A DNA stretch of 64,000 nucleotides, taken from contig OZ242257.1 of assembly GCA_965207015.1 (NCBI GenBank), positions 461,253 to 525,252 of the forward strand, in the 5' to 3' direction. This stretch comes from Nitrospirales bacterium. Lineage in GTDB: Bacteria > Nitrospirota > Nitrospiria > Nitrospirales > UBA8639. This document shows, one piece after another, positions 1-9,200 of the stretch. Under the pieces are notes generated by a model. The model was not told the origin of the DNA, made no database searches, and was given only the letters and a program-made list of their open reading frames with translations. The position numbers and the translations under genes were made by a program. How positions within the stretch are numbered: position 1 is the stretch's first letter; the number at the start of each line of letters is the position of its first letter.

Positions 1-101
1 ATTCGGCATGCTAACCCTCTGCCTGTTGACGAACGAAAGGCTTCACACAGAATAACCGGGAAGAAAAGGGGAATGGAAGGGGGGAAGCTTGCCGCGTAGG
101 C

Positions 102-332
102 CTAACTTTGAACGGATGTAACCTGAACGGGGGTGCAATGGCGCTTGTGTTCGCGCGAGGCAATGGTGACCAACTCATTCATGTTGTCGAGACAGCGCCC
201 GCAACAATTGTCTTCGTCGTCGATACCCAGCGTGGCGGCCAGTTTCTTCGGGCAGGTAATCCCGGCGCGACCGAGGTCTTCAACGTCCGACTCTTTAATG
301 CCTTTACAAACACAAATGTACATGACAATCAC
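102..332 (-). CDS. bfd: BFD-like (2Fe-2S)-binding protein (bacterioferritin-associated ferredoxin family)
   Basis: 76-aa ORF. MYICVCKGI N-terminus plus a later CCGRC pair give the C-x-C...C-x2-C pattern of Bfd domains. The true start is probably the MYICVC Met at 320. Confidence 0.7.
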   Translation of the reverse strand: MIVMYICVCKGIKESDVEDLGRAGITCPKKLAATLGIDDEDNCCGRCLDNMNELVTIASREHKRHCTPVQVTSVQS

Positions 333-339
333 CGAATGC

Positions 340-358
340 GATATTGATTTCCGTTATC
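340..358. promoter_or_regulatory. Fur-box-like site upstream of bfd
   Basis: GATATTGATTTCCGTTATC matches about 14/19 positions of the GATAATGATAATCATTATC consensus by eye. It lies immediately 5' of the iron-storage-linked bfd gene. Confidence 0.3.
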
Positions 359-508
359 ATCTTCACGCATTTTAATCGAGTCGCCGGGAGGTTGTCAAGC
401 CAAAAAAAATGAAAATGAGAAAAATTTTCAGGCTGGGAGGTACGGCCAAGGTTTGCAACGGTCCCGGCCGCTTTTTATAATCCATTTTTCATCTCCCTCT
501 TGTAACCA

Positions 509-3500
509 ATGAACCAACCTTCCTCTCCAGAAGCCCTCCGGTCCCAACTGGCAGACCGGCTGGGTCCCGACAGTGCGATCAAAGTGGCAACGGCGTTGTT
601 TGAGGCGGGCGGAGCCGGCCACGTCTCCGAATTATTGAACGAACTCCAGGAGCGTTCCGCGAAACTCGCGGGACAGGCCATGGACGCGCTTCCCGAGATG
701 GTGGAACGGTGCGATCCCGAGCCGGTTGTCCCGTGGCTGGATGTGGCCGTGACCTTTGCCGGGTTGTCGGGGGCGATTACCTTGAAATATCTGAAAGAAA
801 GCCCGCGTCTTTTAGGGGTTCTGGATTCCCTTGTGCTGCGTCAGGCCGTGCTCGAGACGACGCTGGAACTCGCCGACAACGACTCGGAGTTTGCGGCCAA
901 CTGCGCGTTTGAATTCTTTCGAAAGGCGCCGGAACTGTTGCTCGCGGATTCACAAACCGACTTGGCCCAATGGGCCGGGATTGGCCGGGAACTTACGGAT
1001 TGGAATGACGTGTTGGGCATTGAATTCATCCGGGAATGTCCGAGGGTGGCGGAAGTGTTGGCCTTGGAAGACGTGCGGCCCTGGGTGGCCTTCGGCATGA
1101 AACTGATTACGCAAAATAGTCTGGGAAAACCCGATTACGTGGGGATTCTCGAATTCTTTCGCACGAGCCCAGGCCTGCTCGGGGAAATCCCCGATGCGGA
1201 CTTGCACTCGCACATCGTGAGCGTGGGCTCGACCCTGGCGGATCAATCGCCTGAAACGGCCCTGACCTTTTTGGCCGAAGCGCCGGGGCTGATGGCGCTT
1301 CGGCCGTCGATGGAACGGCGCATGAAAGTCCTTCAATACGGAGGGCTGCTGGCCGAACGGGATGCCGGCGTGACCATGGAGTATTTTCGCCGGGCGCCGG
1401 AGGTGATTCGTCTGTGCGATGGCGCGGAAGGCCGGGACGAGGCCTTTGAAACGTGGTTCCGCGGCGGCATGGAAATATTGGAGTACAGCGCGGAGGGGGC
1501 TCGCGCGTATTTCGCCCTTGAAACATCGAAAGCGTTGAGCGCGATCGAACAGGCGACCAATAACGTGCCCCTTCGACATGTGGCGCGCTCGCTGAAGCTG
1601 CTGGGCCACATGATCTGCGGCCAACCCGTGCAGATCGAATCCCTGGTCGACTCGACCCGGCCGCCGCGTCTGGAGATGAACGCCGAAGGCCCCACGGTGT
1701 ATCTGCCGTCGATCATGAACCGGTTTTCGTCAACGGAGCAGAACGTACGCGGCTATACGGTCACGTTGGCGCATGAAGTGGGACACGTGGAGTTCGGAAC
1801 GTATCGAATCGATCTGCCGTATCTTCGACTTTTGGCGCAACGGGTGGTTGAGCGCTATCAACTCGATGCCGATGTTTCGGACGTCGACAGCCTGACGGAT
1901 TTCTTTGACCTCTATCCGCAAAAAGGGGTGATTCGTGACCTGTGGACCATTCTGGAAGACGCCCGCGTGGAATTTTTGTTGCAGCAGGAATATCCGGGAT
2001 TGCGAAATGATTTGGCCGCTGTGTCCCTTGCCTCGGTGCAGACCCGGTCCTTACTCCATGGCATGACGGCCAGAGAGATGGTCTTGGACCAGTTACTGCT
2101 CCGGTTTACTCAAGCAGCGGATAATCAGCCGGTTCAGGACAACCTTCAGCAAGTCGTGGATCGATCCTGGGACGTGGCACAGGCGATTCGGAACCATGAC
2201 GCGACGAACGAGCATGCCGTCGAGTTGGCCGACGGGATCTATCAGGTGTTGGATGAGATGATCAGCCACGTGGATCCCGTGGTTCCGCATGACGCGGATT
2301 CGACTGCCGAGGAGGAGGAGTTGGGTGCGGGGCCTCGTGCCGCGGAAGAAACCGGGGGCGGTTATCGAGGCATTACGAATTGGGCCTATCGGGGCGAAAT
2401 GAATCCGGATTACGTCCGTGGAGAATCCACGGAATCGGACGAAGGCGAGGACGTCGGGGAACAGCCGGCGCCGGAGTTGGAAAAGACGGGCGCGCCTTCT
2501 CGCTCTCAAGAACGTCGAACCGAAGAACCGGACACACGGGAAGCCCGGCAGGACGACGCCGGCGAATCGGTATCGCAGCGATCAGTCCTGGACGACTATT
2601 TCCACGTGAAAGGCCCCGGCGACGGGGTGTTGCCCGTGCCGTCCGGTCAGGAACAGGCGTACGTCTATCCGGAATGGGACGGCGCGATCCAGGACTATCG
2701 TCTCAAATGGTGCCGGGTGGTCGAGCGTCCCGGCGAGGAGGTCAACCAGGATTTTGCACAACGGATTCTGGAACAACATGCCCCGGCTGTCCGCGTCTTG
2801 CGCCGGTATTTTGAAACCATGCGGCCCACGGGCTTGCAGCGGGTCCACGGCTATGACCACGGCGAGCACTTGGATTTGGATGCCGCGATTCGTCATGTGG
2901 CGGAACGGCGGGCGGGCATCGACCCTTCCGACCGGATCTATGACCGGTGGGACAAACGTGAACGCCAGGTCGCCGTGGCGTTCCTGGTGGATATGAGCGG
3001 CTCCACGGGCCGGCAATTGGAAACGGGACAGCGCCGCGTGATCGACGTGGAGAAGGAAGGCCTGGTGCTACTCACCGAGGCGTTGGAGGCCATCGGGGAC
3101 CAATACGCGTTATACGGATTTTCCGGCCAGGGCCGGCAACAGGTGGATTTCATGGTGCTGAAAGATTTCAACGATACCCGGCGCTATCAGATCGGCCAGC
3201 GCATTGCGGCCATGACGCCGCTGCAGCAAAATCGTGACGGGGCCGCGATACGGCATGCCGTCCAGAAACTGCTGCGCTGCCCGGCCCGGCACCGGTTGCT
3301 CGTTTTGTTGAGTGACGGGCGCCCCCTTGACGGGGATTATGGAGAGGAATATGCCCTGGAGGATACCCGCATGGCGTTGCGAGAAGCGCGGCAGCAGGGG
3401 ATCAGTCCCTTTTGCCTGACCATCGATCAACAGGCAAGCGGCTATCTCAAACGCATGTACGGCGACGTTCAATACCTGGTCCTTGATGACATCCTGACCT

Positions 3501-3550
3501 TGCCTGAACGGTTGCCGCGCGTGTATCAACGATTGACGGGAAGGTCGTGA
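509..3550 (+). CDS. large von Willebrand factor A domain protein, CbbO/NorD-like
   Basis: 1013-aa ORF. C-terminal VWA/MIDAS signature (VAFLVDMSGSTG ... LLVLLSDGRPLDGDY). Central HEVGH zincin-like motif (about nt 1768-1788). Acidic low-complexity linker. Confidence 0.7.
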   Translation: MNQPSSPEALRSQLADRLGPDSAIKVATALFEAGGAGHVSELLNELQERSAKLAGQAMDALPEMVERCDPEPVVPWLDVAVTFAGLSGAITLKYLKESPRLLGVLDSLVLRQAVLETTLELADNDSEFAANCAFEFFRKAPELLLADSQTDLAQWAGIGRELTDWNDVLGIEFIRECPRVAEVLALEDVRPWVAFGMKLITQNSLGKPDYVGILEFFRTSPGLLGEIPDADLHSHIVSVGSTLADQSPETALTFLAEAPGLMALRPSMERRMKVLQYGGLLAERDAGVTMEYFRRAPEVIRLCDGAEGRDEAFETWFRGGMEILEYSAEGARAYFALETSKALSAIEQATNNVPLRHVARSLKLLGHMICGQPVQIESLVDSTRPPRLEMNAEGPTVYLPSIMNRFSSTEQNVRGYTVTLAHEVGHVEFGTYRIDLPYLRLLAQRVVERYQLDADVSDVDSLTDFFDLYPQKGVIRDLWTILEDARVEFLLQQEYPGLRNDLAAVSLASVQTRSLLHGMTAREMVLDQLLLRFTQAADNQPVQDNLQQVVDRSWDVAQAIRNHDATNEHAVELADGIYQVLDEMISHVDPVVPHDADSTAEEEELGAGPRAAEETGGGYRGITNWAYRGEMNPDYVRGESTESDEGEDVGEQPAPELEKTGAPSRSQERRTEEPDTREARQDDAGESVSQRSVLDDYFHVKGPGDGVLPVPSGQEQAYVYPEWDGAIQDYRLKWCRVVERPGEEVNQDFAQRILEQHAPAVRVLRRYFETMRPTGLQRVHGYDHGEHLDLDAAIRHVAERRAGIDPSDRIYDRWDKRERQVAVAFLVDMSGSTGRQLETGQRRVIDVEKEGLVLLTEALEAIGDQYALYGFSGQGRQQVDFMVLKDFNDTRRYQIGQRIAAMTPLQQNRDGAAIRHAVQKLLRCPARHRLLVLLSDGRPLDGDYGEEYALEDTRMALREARQQGISPFCLTIDQQASGYLKRMYGDVQYLVLDDILTLPERLPRVYQRLTGRS

Positions 3551-3565
3551 CGCCTCTCACCAATG

Positions 3566-3730
3566 TGTCATTCCCGACGTTTGTCCCCACTTGATCGGGG
3601 ATTCAGGGGTTTTTGTGGGTTTGTCTCTTTTTGTCATTCCCGACATTTTTAATCGGGAATCCAGGGTCTTTCCTTTTTCCTTTCTTTGCGAAGAGCAAGA
3701 CGCTGGATTCCTGCTTTCGCAGGAATGACA
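3566..3730. repeat. REP-A palindromic interspersed repeats (3 copies, one inverted variant)
   Basis: TGTCATTCCCGAC-n-ATCGGGRATCCAGGGTCTTT core with a CCCGA/TCGGG hairpin. The same element recurs 14 or more times in the window. Confidence 0.85.
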
Positions 3731-3797
3731 GAAGCGGACTGCGGAAATGGACAATGACTGACCGAACATTGACACTGGTCACGGGTGACCCAACCTG

Positions 3798-4211
3798 ATG
3801 AACGCCGAATCCCAAGAACGAACGGTACCGCCCTGGCTGTACAAGCTGTTCACCGGGCACCAGTATCCGTACGTCCGTCGCCTGGCCAAATTCGAGAAAA
3901 AGGACCGGAAGCGCGGCGAGATGAGTGCCGAGCCGTCACGCGAAGAGATTGATGCCAAATTCTGGGAAGTGTATCCTCGATCGTCAGCCAGAATTTTGCA
4001 GGAAGTGAAGCAGGGGATGATCGTGGGCTTCACGGAATTGGGGTCCTATCCACCCGGCGGCTACCAGGAATTGGTGGATACGCCGGAAGAGTTCCTGGCT
4101 AGGGAATACGGCAGAAAAAAAATCAAGGTGAATTTTTACGACGGAGAAAATTTCGTCTGCACCATCAACTTCAAAGTCGGAGGGTGGGCCAGTCACGATG
4201 ATGACGACTAG
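3798..4211 (+). CDS. hypothetical protein
   Basis: 137-aa ORF in an otherwise empty gap. No recognisable motif. Confidence 0.4.
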   Translation: MNAESQERTVPPWLYKLFTGHQYPYVRRLAKFEKKDRKRGEMSAEPSREEIDAKFWEVYPRSSARILQEVKQGMIVGFTELGSYPPGGYQELVDTPEEFLAREYGRKKIKVNFYDGENFVCTINFKVGGWASHDDDD

Positions 4212-4301
4212 GGACGGTCACGTCAGCCGGCCGCGCGCCAGGCTTCTTTACGTTGATGGTTCGTATCAGAATCGAACCAACAATCTAACGTCAGGTGCGT
4301 C

Positions 4302-5243
4302 ATGAGTCGACAGAAAATCACGATCGTCGGGGCGGGCAACGTCGGAGGATCGGTTGCGCAGAGGCTGGCCGAAAAGAGCGGGTACGACATCGTCCTCGTT
4401 GATATTGTGGAAGGCCTGCCGCAGGGCAAGGCCCTGGACCTGGCGCAGGCCGGCGCGGTGTGCGGCTATGACTCGCCGATTCGCGGCACCGACCGGTATG
4501 ACGATACCACGGATTCCGACGTGGTGGTGGTGACCTCAGGGATTGCCCGGAAACCCGGCATGAGCCGGTCCGAATTACTGGAGACCAACACCAACATCGT
4601 GCGATCCGTGGTCCGGGAAGTGGCTACCCGTTCGCCCGAGGCCGTGCTGGTCATCGTGGCCAATCCGTTGGACGCCATGACGTACGTGGCCTACCGGGTG
4701 AGCGGATTTCCCAAACAGCGCGTCGTGGGCATGGCCGGGATTCTGGACTCCGCCCGGTTCTGCACGTTTATCGCCCAAGAGTTGAACGTCTCGGTTCACA
4801 ACGTCCATGCCATGGTACTGGGAGGACATGGAGACGCGATGGTGCCGCTGATCCGGTATACCACCGTGGCCGGTCGCCCCGTGGATCAATGGATGTCGAA
4901 AGAGCGGCTTGACGCCCTGGTGAAGCGAACGCGCGGCGGCGGCGGGGAGATCGTCAGTCTTCTCAAGACCGGGAGCGCCTACTATGCTCCGGCGGCATCC
5001 GTGGTCGAAATGGTCGAGGCCATTATCCGTGATGAACACAAGGTCCTGCCCTGTGCCGCGTTGTGTGACGGCGAGTACGGCCTGAAAGGGACCTATATGG
5101 GCGTGCCGATCCGATTGGGGAAAACCGGCGTCGAAGAAATTCTCGAATATGATCTGACCCCGGACGAAAAAGCCGCGTTCGAGGAGTCGGCCCAAGGCGT
5201 CAGGGAACTCTGCGAAGAGGTCGATAAAATCCTCGGCTTGTAA
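4302..5243 (+). CDS. mdh: malate dehydrogenase (LDH-like type)
   Basis: [12 protein letters not shown] Rossmann N-terminus. Colinear LDH/MDH family sequence, 313 aa. Confidence 0.95.
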   Translation: MSRQKITIVGAGNVGGSVAQRLAEKSGYDIVLVDIVEGLPQGKALDLAQAGAVCGYDSPIRGTDRYDDTTDSDVVVVTSGIARKPGMSRSELLETNTNIVRSVVREVATRSPEAVLVIVANPLDAMTYVAYRVSGFPKQRVVGMAGILDSARFCTFIAQELNVSVHNVHAMVLGGHGDAMVPLIRYTTVAGRPVDQWMSKERLDALVKRTRGGGGEIVSLLKTGSAYYAPAASVVEMVEAIIRDEHKVLPCAALCDGEYGLKGTYMGVPIRLGKTGVEEILEYDLTPDEKAAFEESAQGVRELCEEVDKILGL

Positions 5244-5247
5244 CCCG

Positions 5248-5745
5248 CTACTGCAATTTTTCAGCCAGCACCTTTTCCGTTTGTTTCCGGCGGAACTCTT
5301 CCAGGTTTTTCTTGATCCCCGAATCCGACAGGGCCAGGATCGCGGCCGCAAATAAGGCGGCGTTGGCTGATCCGGCTTCACCGATGGCCAGGGTGGCGAC
5401 CGGAATGCCTTTGGGCATTTGGACGATGGAGAGAAGGGAATCGAGGCCTTGGAGCGCTTTGGATTGCATGGGTACGCCCAGAACGGGCAGGGTTGTCTTT
5501 GCCGCAATCACGCCCGGCAGGTGCGCCGCTCCGCCGGCGCCCGCGATCATGACGCGGAGCCCGCGTGACTCGGCCTGGCTCACGTAGTCGAACAGGGCAT
5601 CGGGGGCCCGGTGAGCGGAAATCACGCGACATTCATTGGCAATGCCGAGTTGCGTCAGTGTCTCACTGGCCAGCCGCATGACCTCCCAATCGCTTTTACT
5701 ACCCATAATAATGCCGACTAACGGCGTATCGTTTGCTGAAGCCAC
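5248..5745 (-). CDS. purE: 5-(carboxyamino)imidazole ribonucleotide mutase
   Basis: [14 protein letters not shown] ... [11 protein letters not shown] motifs, 165 aa. Confidence 0.95.
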   Translation of the reverse strand: MASANDTPLVGIIMGSKSDWEVMRLASETLTQLGIANECRVISAHRAPDALFDYVSQAESRGLRVMIAGAGGAAHLPGVIAAKTTLPVLGVPMQSKALQGLDSLLSIVQMPKGIPVATLAIGEAGSANAALFAAAILALSDSGIKKNLEEFRRKQTEKVLAEKLQ

Positions 5746-5878
5746 AAGCGTTCCTCCTTAACCGAAATGGGGGCGTTGAAGTGGAAGAGAATTCGTCGAT
5801 GACCGGATGAGAGTGTACTCACTCGTCATTTCATTTACAATCTCATTCTGTGGCCACGCGAAACGTGAAAAGCGGGAC

Positions 5879-6027
5879 ATAGCGGCAGATAGCAAAAACA
5901 TAGCAAATCATAGCAAAAACATAGCAGAATATAGCAATGCATAGCAAAATATAGCACAGAACATAGCAAGACATAGCAGATCATAGCAGCCGATAGCTAA
6001 ATATAAATACATATAGCTCGATAGAGC
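5879..6027. repeat. helically phased ATAGCA repeat array (12 regular and 2-3 degenerate units)
   Basis: ATAGC cores start at 5879, 5889, 5900, 5910, 5921, 5931, 5941, 5951, 5963, 5973, 5983 and 5993, with 10-12 bp spacing. Many are followed by A-tracts. Degenerate copies sit at 6013 and 6021. Confidence 0.85.
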
Positions 6028-6242
6028 GTGAAGTGTCATCTATCGCGATGACGTGAGGGTGCAGCTTGTTGAGAACGAACGCGCCCCACGACCGGGAACA
6101 AATAAGCCAATCGGCGGGATGTGCCGGAGTCTAACTCGTTGACGTGCAAAGGGTTTTGGTTCCCGTGTACGGGAGAACGGCTTGACGGAATCAATTAGAG
6201 CCTGTAAATGTTTCCTCATTCGTTGGTAGGATAATCGTTCTA

Positions 6243-6276
6243 CCTCCCCTTGCCCCTCCTTACAAAGGAGGGGAAT
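6243..6276. repeat. REP-B hairpin repeat (inverted orientation)
   Basis: CCTCCCCTTGCCCCTCCTTACAAAGGAGGGGAAT, related to copies at 9152, 23275, 47667 and 47750. Confidence 0.75.
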
Positions 6277-6344
6277 GCCAACGAAGTCGTGAAACCTATG
6301 CAAGGATGACAGCCTGAGCCGTTGCCCGGATTGAAGCATTTTTT

Positions 6345-7658
6345 ATGACTGACAAATTTCCACTTCGATTACTGGCTCCATTCGATGGAGAGCCCTGGGA
6401 TATTGACGGCTACGTCAAACGCGGTGGGTATGAGGCGTGGCAACAAGTGGTTCGAGACGCCGATCCCAATCGCGTGATAGACGAGTTGAAGCGGGCGGGT
6501 CTGCGGGGCCGGGGCGGAGCCGGATTTCCGACGGGCTTGAAATGGGATAAAGTCGTGCATCATCGGGAGACGGAACGATATTTCGTCTGCAACGCCGGCG
6601 AGCACGAGCCGGGCACCTTCAAGGACCGGTACCTGGTCGAGCATCACCCGCATCAGTTGATTGAAGGCTGTTTAATCGGGGCCTTCACCATCGGCGCGCG
6701 GGAAGCCTACATTTATCTGAACGCCGAATTCCTGGCAGCGCGGGCGAGCCTGGAGAAGGCCTTGGAGCAAGCCAAGGCACGTGGATTCCTCGGCCAAAAC
6801 GTGTTGGGGTCCGGGATGGACCTTGACTTGGAGATCTTCGAGGGGCATGGCAGTTACGTCGCCGGCGAAGAGACCGCGATGCTGGAATCCATGCAGGGCC
6901 GCCCGGCGCAACCCAAGGAAAAGCCGCCGTTTTACCCCACCGAGTTCGGGCTTCACGGAAAACCGACCCTGGTGAACAACGTCGAAACCCTGTCCCACGT
7001 GCCGCACCTGCTGCGCAACGGGGCACAATGGTTTACGGCAGTGGGTACGGAAAAGAGTCCGGGAACCATGTTGTTTTCGTTGAGCGGGGCCGTCAATCGT
7101 CCGGGTGTGTATGAATTGCCGTTGGGGACGCCGTTGCGCCATCTGATCGAAGAATGCGGAGGGGGGATTCCGCATGGCCGCGGGATCAAAGCCATCTTTC
7201 CGGGGGGACCGTCCTTTGCCATGATGGGGCCTGAAGCCTTGGATCTGCCCATGGATTTCGATGCCTTGAAGCAGGCCGGGACCGGGTTGGGGTCGGCCGG
7301 GGTGATTGTCGTGGATGATGCCACCAGCATGGTGACTCAGACCCGCAAGCTCTCGACGTTTTTTCGGGAGGAGAGTTGCGGGCAATGTCCACCCTGCAGG
7401 ATCGGCACGGAGCATCTCGAAGAACTGGTGGCGAAAATCGAGGAGGGGAACGGGACACGGGAAGATCTGGATAAACTCCTGCAGATTTGCGGGTTCGTCA
7501 AAGGCACGGGCTATTGCACGTTGGTGACGGGCGCGGCCGTCCTGGTCCAAAACAGTCTGCGGCTGTTCCGGCACGAATTCGAGGAGCGCGTCGCCACGCG
7601 AGCGTGTCCGCCCGACCGCCACGGAACCGGCGATTGCCGTGGGGTGAGCGATTCCTGA
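6345..7658 (+). CDS. NuoF-like NAD(H)-binding FMN/[4Fe-4S] flavoprotein
   Basis: GLRGRGGAGFPTGLKW (NADH/FMN site) and SCGQCPPCRIGT (N3-type cluster motif), 437 aa. Confidence 0.85.
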   Translation: MTDKFPLRLLAPFDGEPWDIDGYVKRGGYEAWQQVVRDADPNRVIDELKRAGLRGRGGAGFPTGLKWDKVVHHRETERYFVCNAGEHEPGTFKDRYLVEHHPHQLIEGCLIGAFTIGAREAYIYLNAEFLAARASLEKALEQAKARGFLGQNVLGSGMDLDLEIFEGHGSYVAGEETAMLESMQGRPAQPKEKPPFYPTEFGLHGKPTLVNNVETLSHVPHLLRNGAQWFTAVGTEKSPGTMLFSLSGAVNRPGVYELPLGTPLRHLIEECGGGIPHGRGIKAIFPGGPSFAMMGPEALDLPMDFDALKQAGTGLGSAGVIVVDDATSMVTQTRKLSTFFREESCGQCPPCRIGTEHLEELVAKIEEGNGTREDLDKLLQICGFVKGTGYCTLVTGAAVLVQNSLRLFRHEFEERVATRACPPDRHGTGDCRGVSDS

Positions 7659-8005
7659 TGCCGCGCGTCACCTTTATTCATCCTGAAGGCACGAGCGGCG
7701 AGGTGCCGGAGAACGTCTCCCTGCTCGATGCCGCGGAACAGTTGGGGTTTCCGCTCAACCATGATTGCGGAGGGAGCGCCTCGTGTTCGACCTGCCGCGT
7801 CGAAGTGATTATGGGCGGAGAGCATTTATCCGAAATAGATTTTGAAGAGCAGGACCTGCTCGATCGCGAAGCCTTAACCGAACCCTATCACCGTCTGGGT
7901 TGCCAGGCTTTGATCCTGGGAGACGTTGTCGTGCAGGTGCCCGAAGAAAAATGGGCGTCCGCGGCTGCCGATCAGCCGGACTCCTCGAATGCCGCGGAAA
8001 GTTGA
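7658..8005 (+). CDS. 2Fe-2S ferredoxin
   Basis: The internal Met of ORF 7487..8005 lies in a TGATG overlap with the NuoF-like stop. Motif CGGSASCSTCRV ... C. Confidence 0.85.
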   Translation: MPRVTFIHPEGTSGEVPENVSLLDAAEQLGFPLNHDCGGSASCSTCRVEVIMGGEHLSEIDFEEQDLLDREALTEPYHRLGCQALILGDVVVQVPEEKWASAAADQPDSSNAAES

Positions 8006-8037
8006 CCCGTGAGCCGGAGCGGAACAGGTCGAAACCG

Positions 8038-8475
8038 ATGAACGAAACAATCTGCGTGACCCGTCCATACCGGTTCTGTGCGGCGCACCGGTTGCATACC
8101 AATGCCTTGCCCGATGACGTCAATCGAAAAATCTACGACAAGTGCAACAATCCCAATGGACATGGCCACAACTACACCGTATTCATCACCGTCACCGGCG
8201 AAGTGGATCTCAAGACCGGCGACGTGACGGACGTCGAGGCCCTGGACCGGCTGGTGAACCGGAAAATCGTGGAACGGTTCGATCACCGTCATCTGAATCA
8301 CGACCCGGCGTTTCAGCAACTCGTGACCACCGGCGAAAATCTCGTCAAATTCATTTGGGACGAGTTGGTACACCACATCCCAATGGGACGGTTGGAAAAA
8401 GTCGGGCTGATTGAAACGCGTGACAATTATTTCGAATACCGGGAGTCCGTGTCACCTGAACATCAATCAGCCTGA
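8038..8475 (+). CDS. queD: 6-carboxytetrahydropterin / 6-pyruvoyl-tetrahydropterin synthase
   Basis: FCAAHRL ... [11 protein letters not shown] motifs. Start taken at MNETICV. Confidence 0.85.
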   Translation: MNETICVTRPYRFCAAHRLHTNALPDDVNRKIYDKCNNPNGHGHNYTVFITVTGEVDLKTGDVTDVEALDRLVNRKIVERFDHRHLNHDPAFQQLVTTGENLVKFIWDELVHHIPMGRLEKVGLIETRDNYFEYRESVSPEHQSA

Positions 8476-8494
8476 GAAAGGGTCTTCCTCCTCT

Positions 8495-9142
8495 ATGGAC
8501 AAACGCCGTTCTTCCAAGGCGCCAACGCGACGACGCGCGTGGGCAACAAAGGTCGCCCCGGACTTCGACGTCAACCCCGGCGACGGCCAAGCCATCCAAC
8601 CGCTGATCACGCAACTCCTGAAAGCCCTGGGAGAAGATCCCAAGCGTGTCGGCTTGGAAAAAACGCCCGAGCGTATCGCCAAGGCCCTCACGTTTTTGAC
8701 GAAAGGATACGATCAGGACATCAAAGAGATCATCAACGGGGCCCTGTTTCCGCTCGAATATGACGAGATGGTCATTGTCCGCGACATCGACTTTTACAGT
8801 TTATGCGAACATCACCTGCTCCCGTTTTTCGGAAAGTGTCACATCGGGTACATCCCGAACAAACAGGTCGTCGGCCTGAGCAAACTGCCGAGGATCGTCG
8901 AAGTGCTGAGCCGGCGGCTTCAAGTGCAGGAACGTCTGACGGTGGAAATCGCTGAGACGCTCAAGACGGCGCTGAAACCCTTGGGGGTGGGGGTCGTCAT
9001 CGAAGCCCAGCACCTGTGCATGATGATGCGCGGCGTCGAGAAACAAAATACCATAGCCGTCACCAGTCACATGCTGGGAGGGTTTCGCAAGCAACAACAA
9101 ACCCGCGAAGAATTTCTGAAGCTCATCGGCCGCTCCGTCTGA
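8495..9142 (+). CDS. folE: GTP cyclohydrolase I
   Basis: [22 protein letters not shown] signature. Start taken at MDKRR to avoid overlapping queD. Confidence 0.95.
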   Translation: MDKRRSSKAPTRRRAWATKVAPDFDVNPGDGQAIQPLITQLLKALGEDPKRVGLEKTPERIAKALTFLTKGYDQDIKEIINGALFPLEYDEMVIVRDIDFYSLCEHHLLPFFGKCHIGYIPNKQVVGLSKLPRIVEVLSRRLQVQERLTVEIAETLKTALKPLGVGVVIEAQHLCMMMRGVEKQNTIAVTSHMLGGFRKQQQTREEFLKLIGRSV

Positions 9143-9151
9143 GCCATCCGT

Positions 9152-9200
9152 TCCCTCCCCTTTGTAAGGGGAGGGCAGGGTGGGGTAGAACCGCCCCTAC
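9152..9200. repeat. REP-B hairpin repeat
   Basis: CCTCCCCTTTGTAAGGGGAGGGCAGGGTGGGGTAG. Confidence 0.75.

Noticed and set aside
1-101. The leading 100 nt of the window.
   Set aside because: No ORF, RNA fold or repeat could be supported here.
3557-3860. ORFs of 60-110 aa lying over repeat clusters (3557..3775, 3603..3860, 10103..10321, 17012..17593, 17482..17823, 38143..38361, 38673..39215).
   Set aside because: Their sequences (VIPDLIGDP, CHSCESRNP, SDYAPLIRPT and similar) are just translations of REP-A and REP-C elements that recur in non-coding positions throughout the window.
5879-6027. I asked whether the ATAGCA array could be a CRISPR array or a coding tandem repeat.
   Set aside because: The period is about 10.4 bp with no spacer-sized unique segments and no cas genes. 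No frame stays open and meaningful. It is treated instead as a phased DNA structural or binding array.
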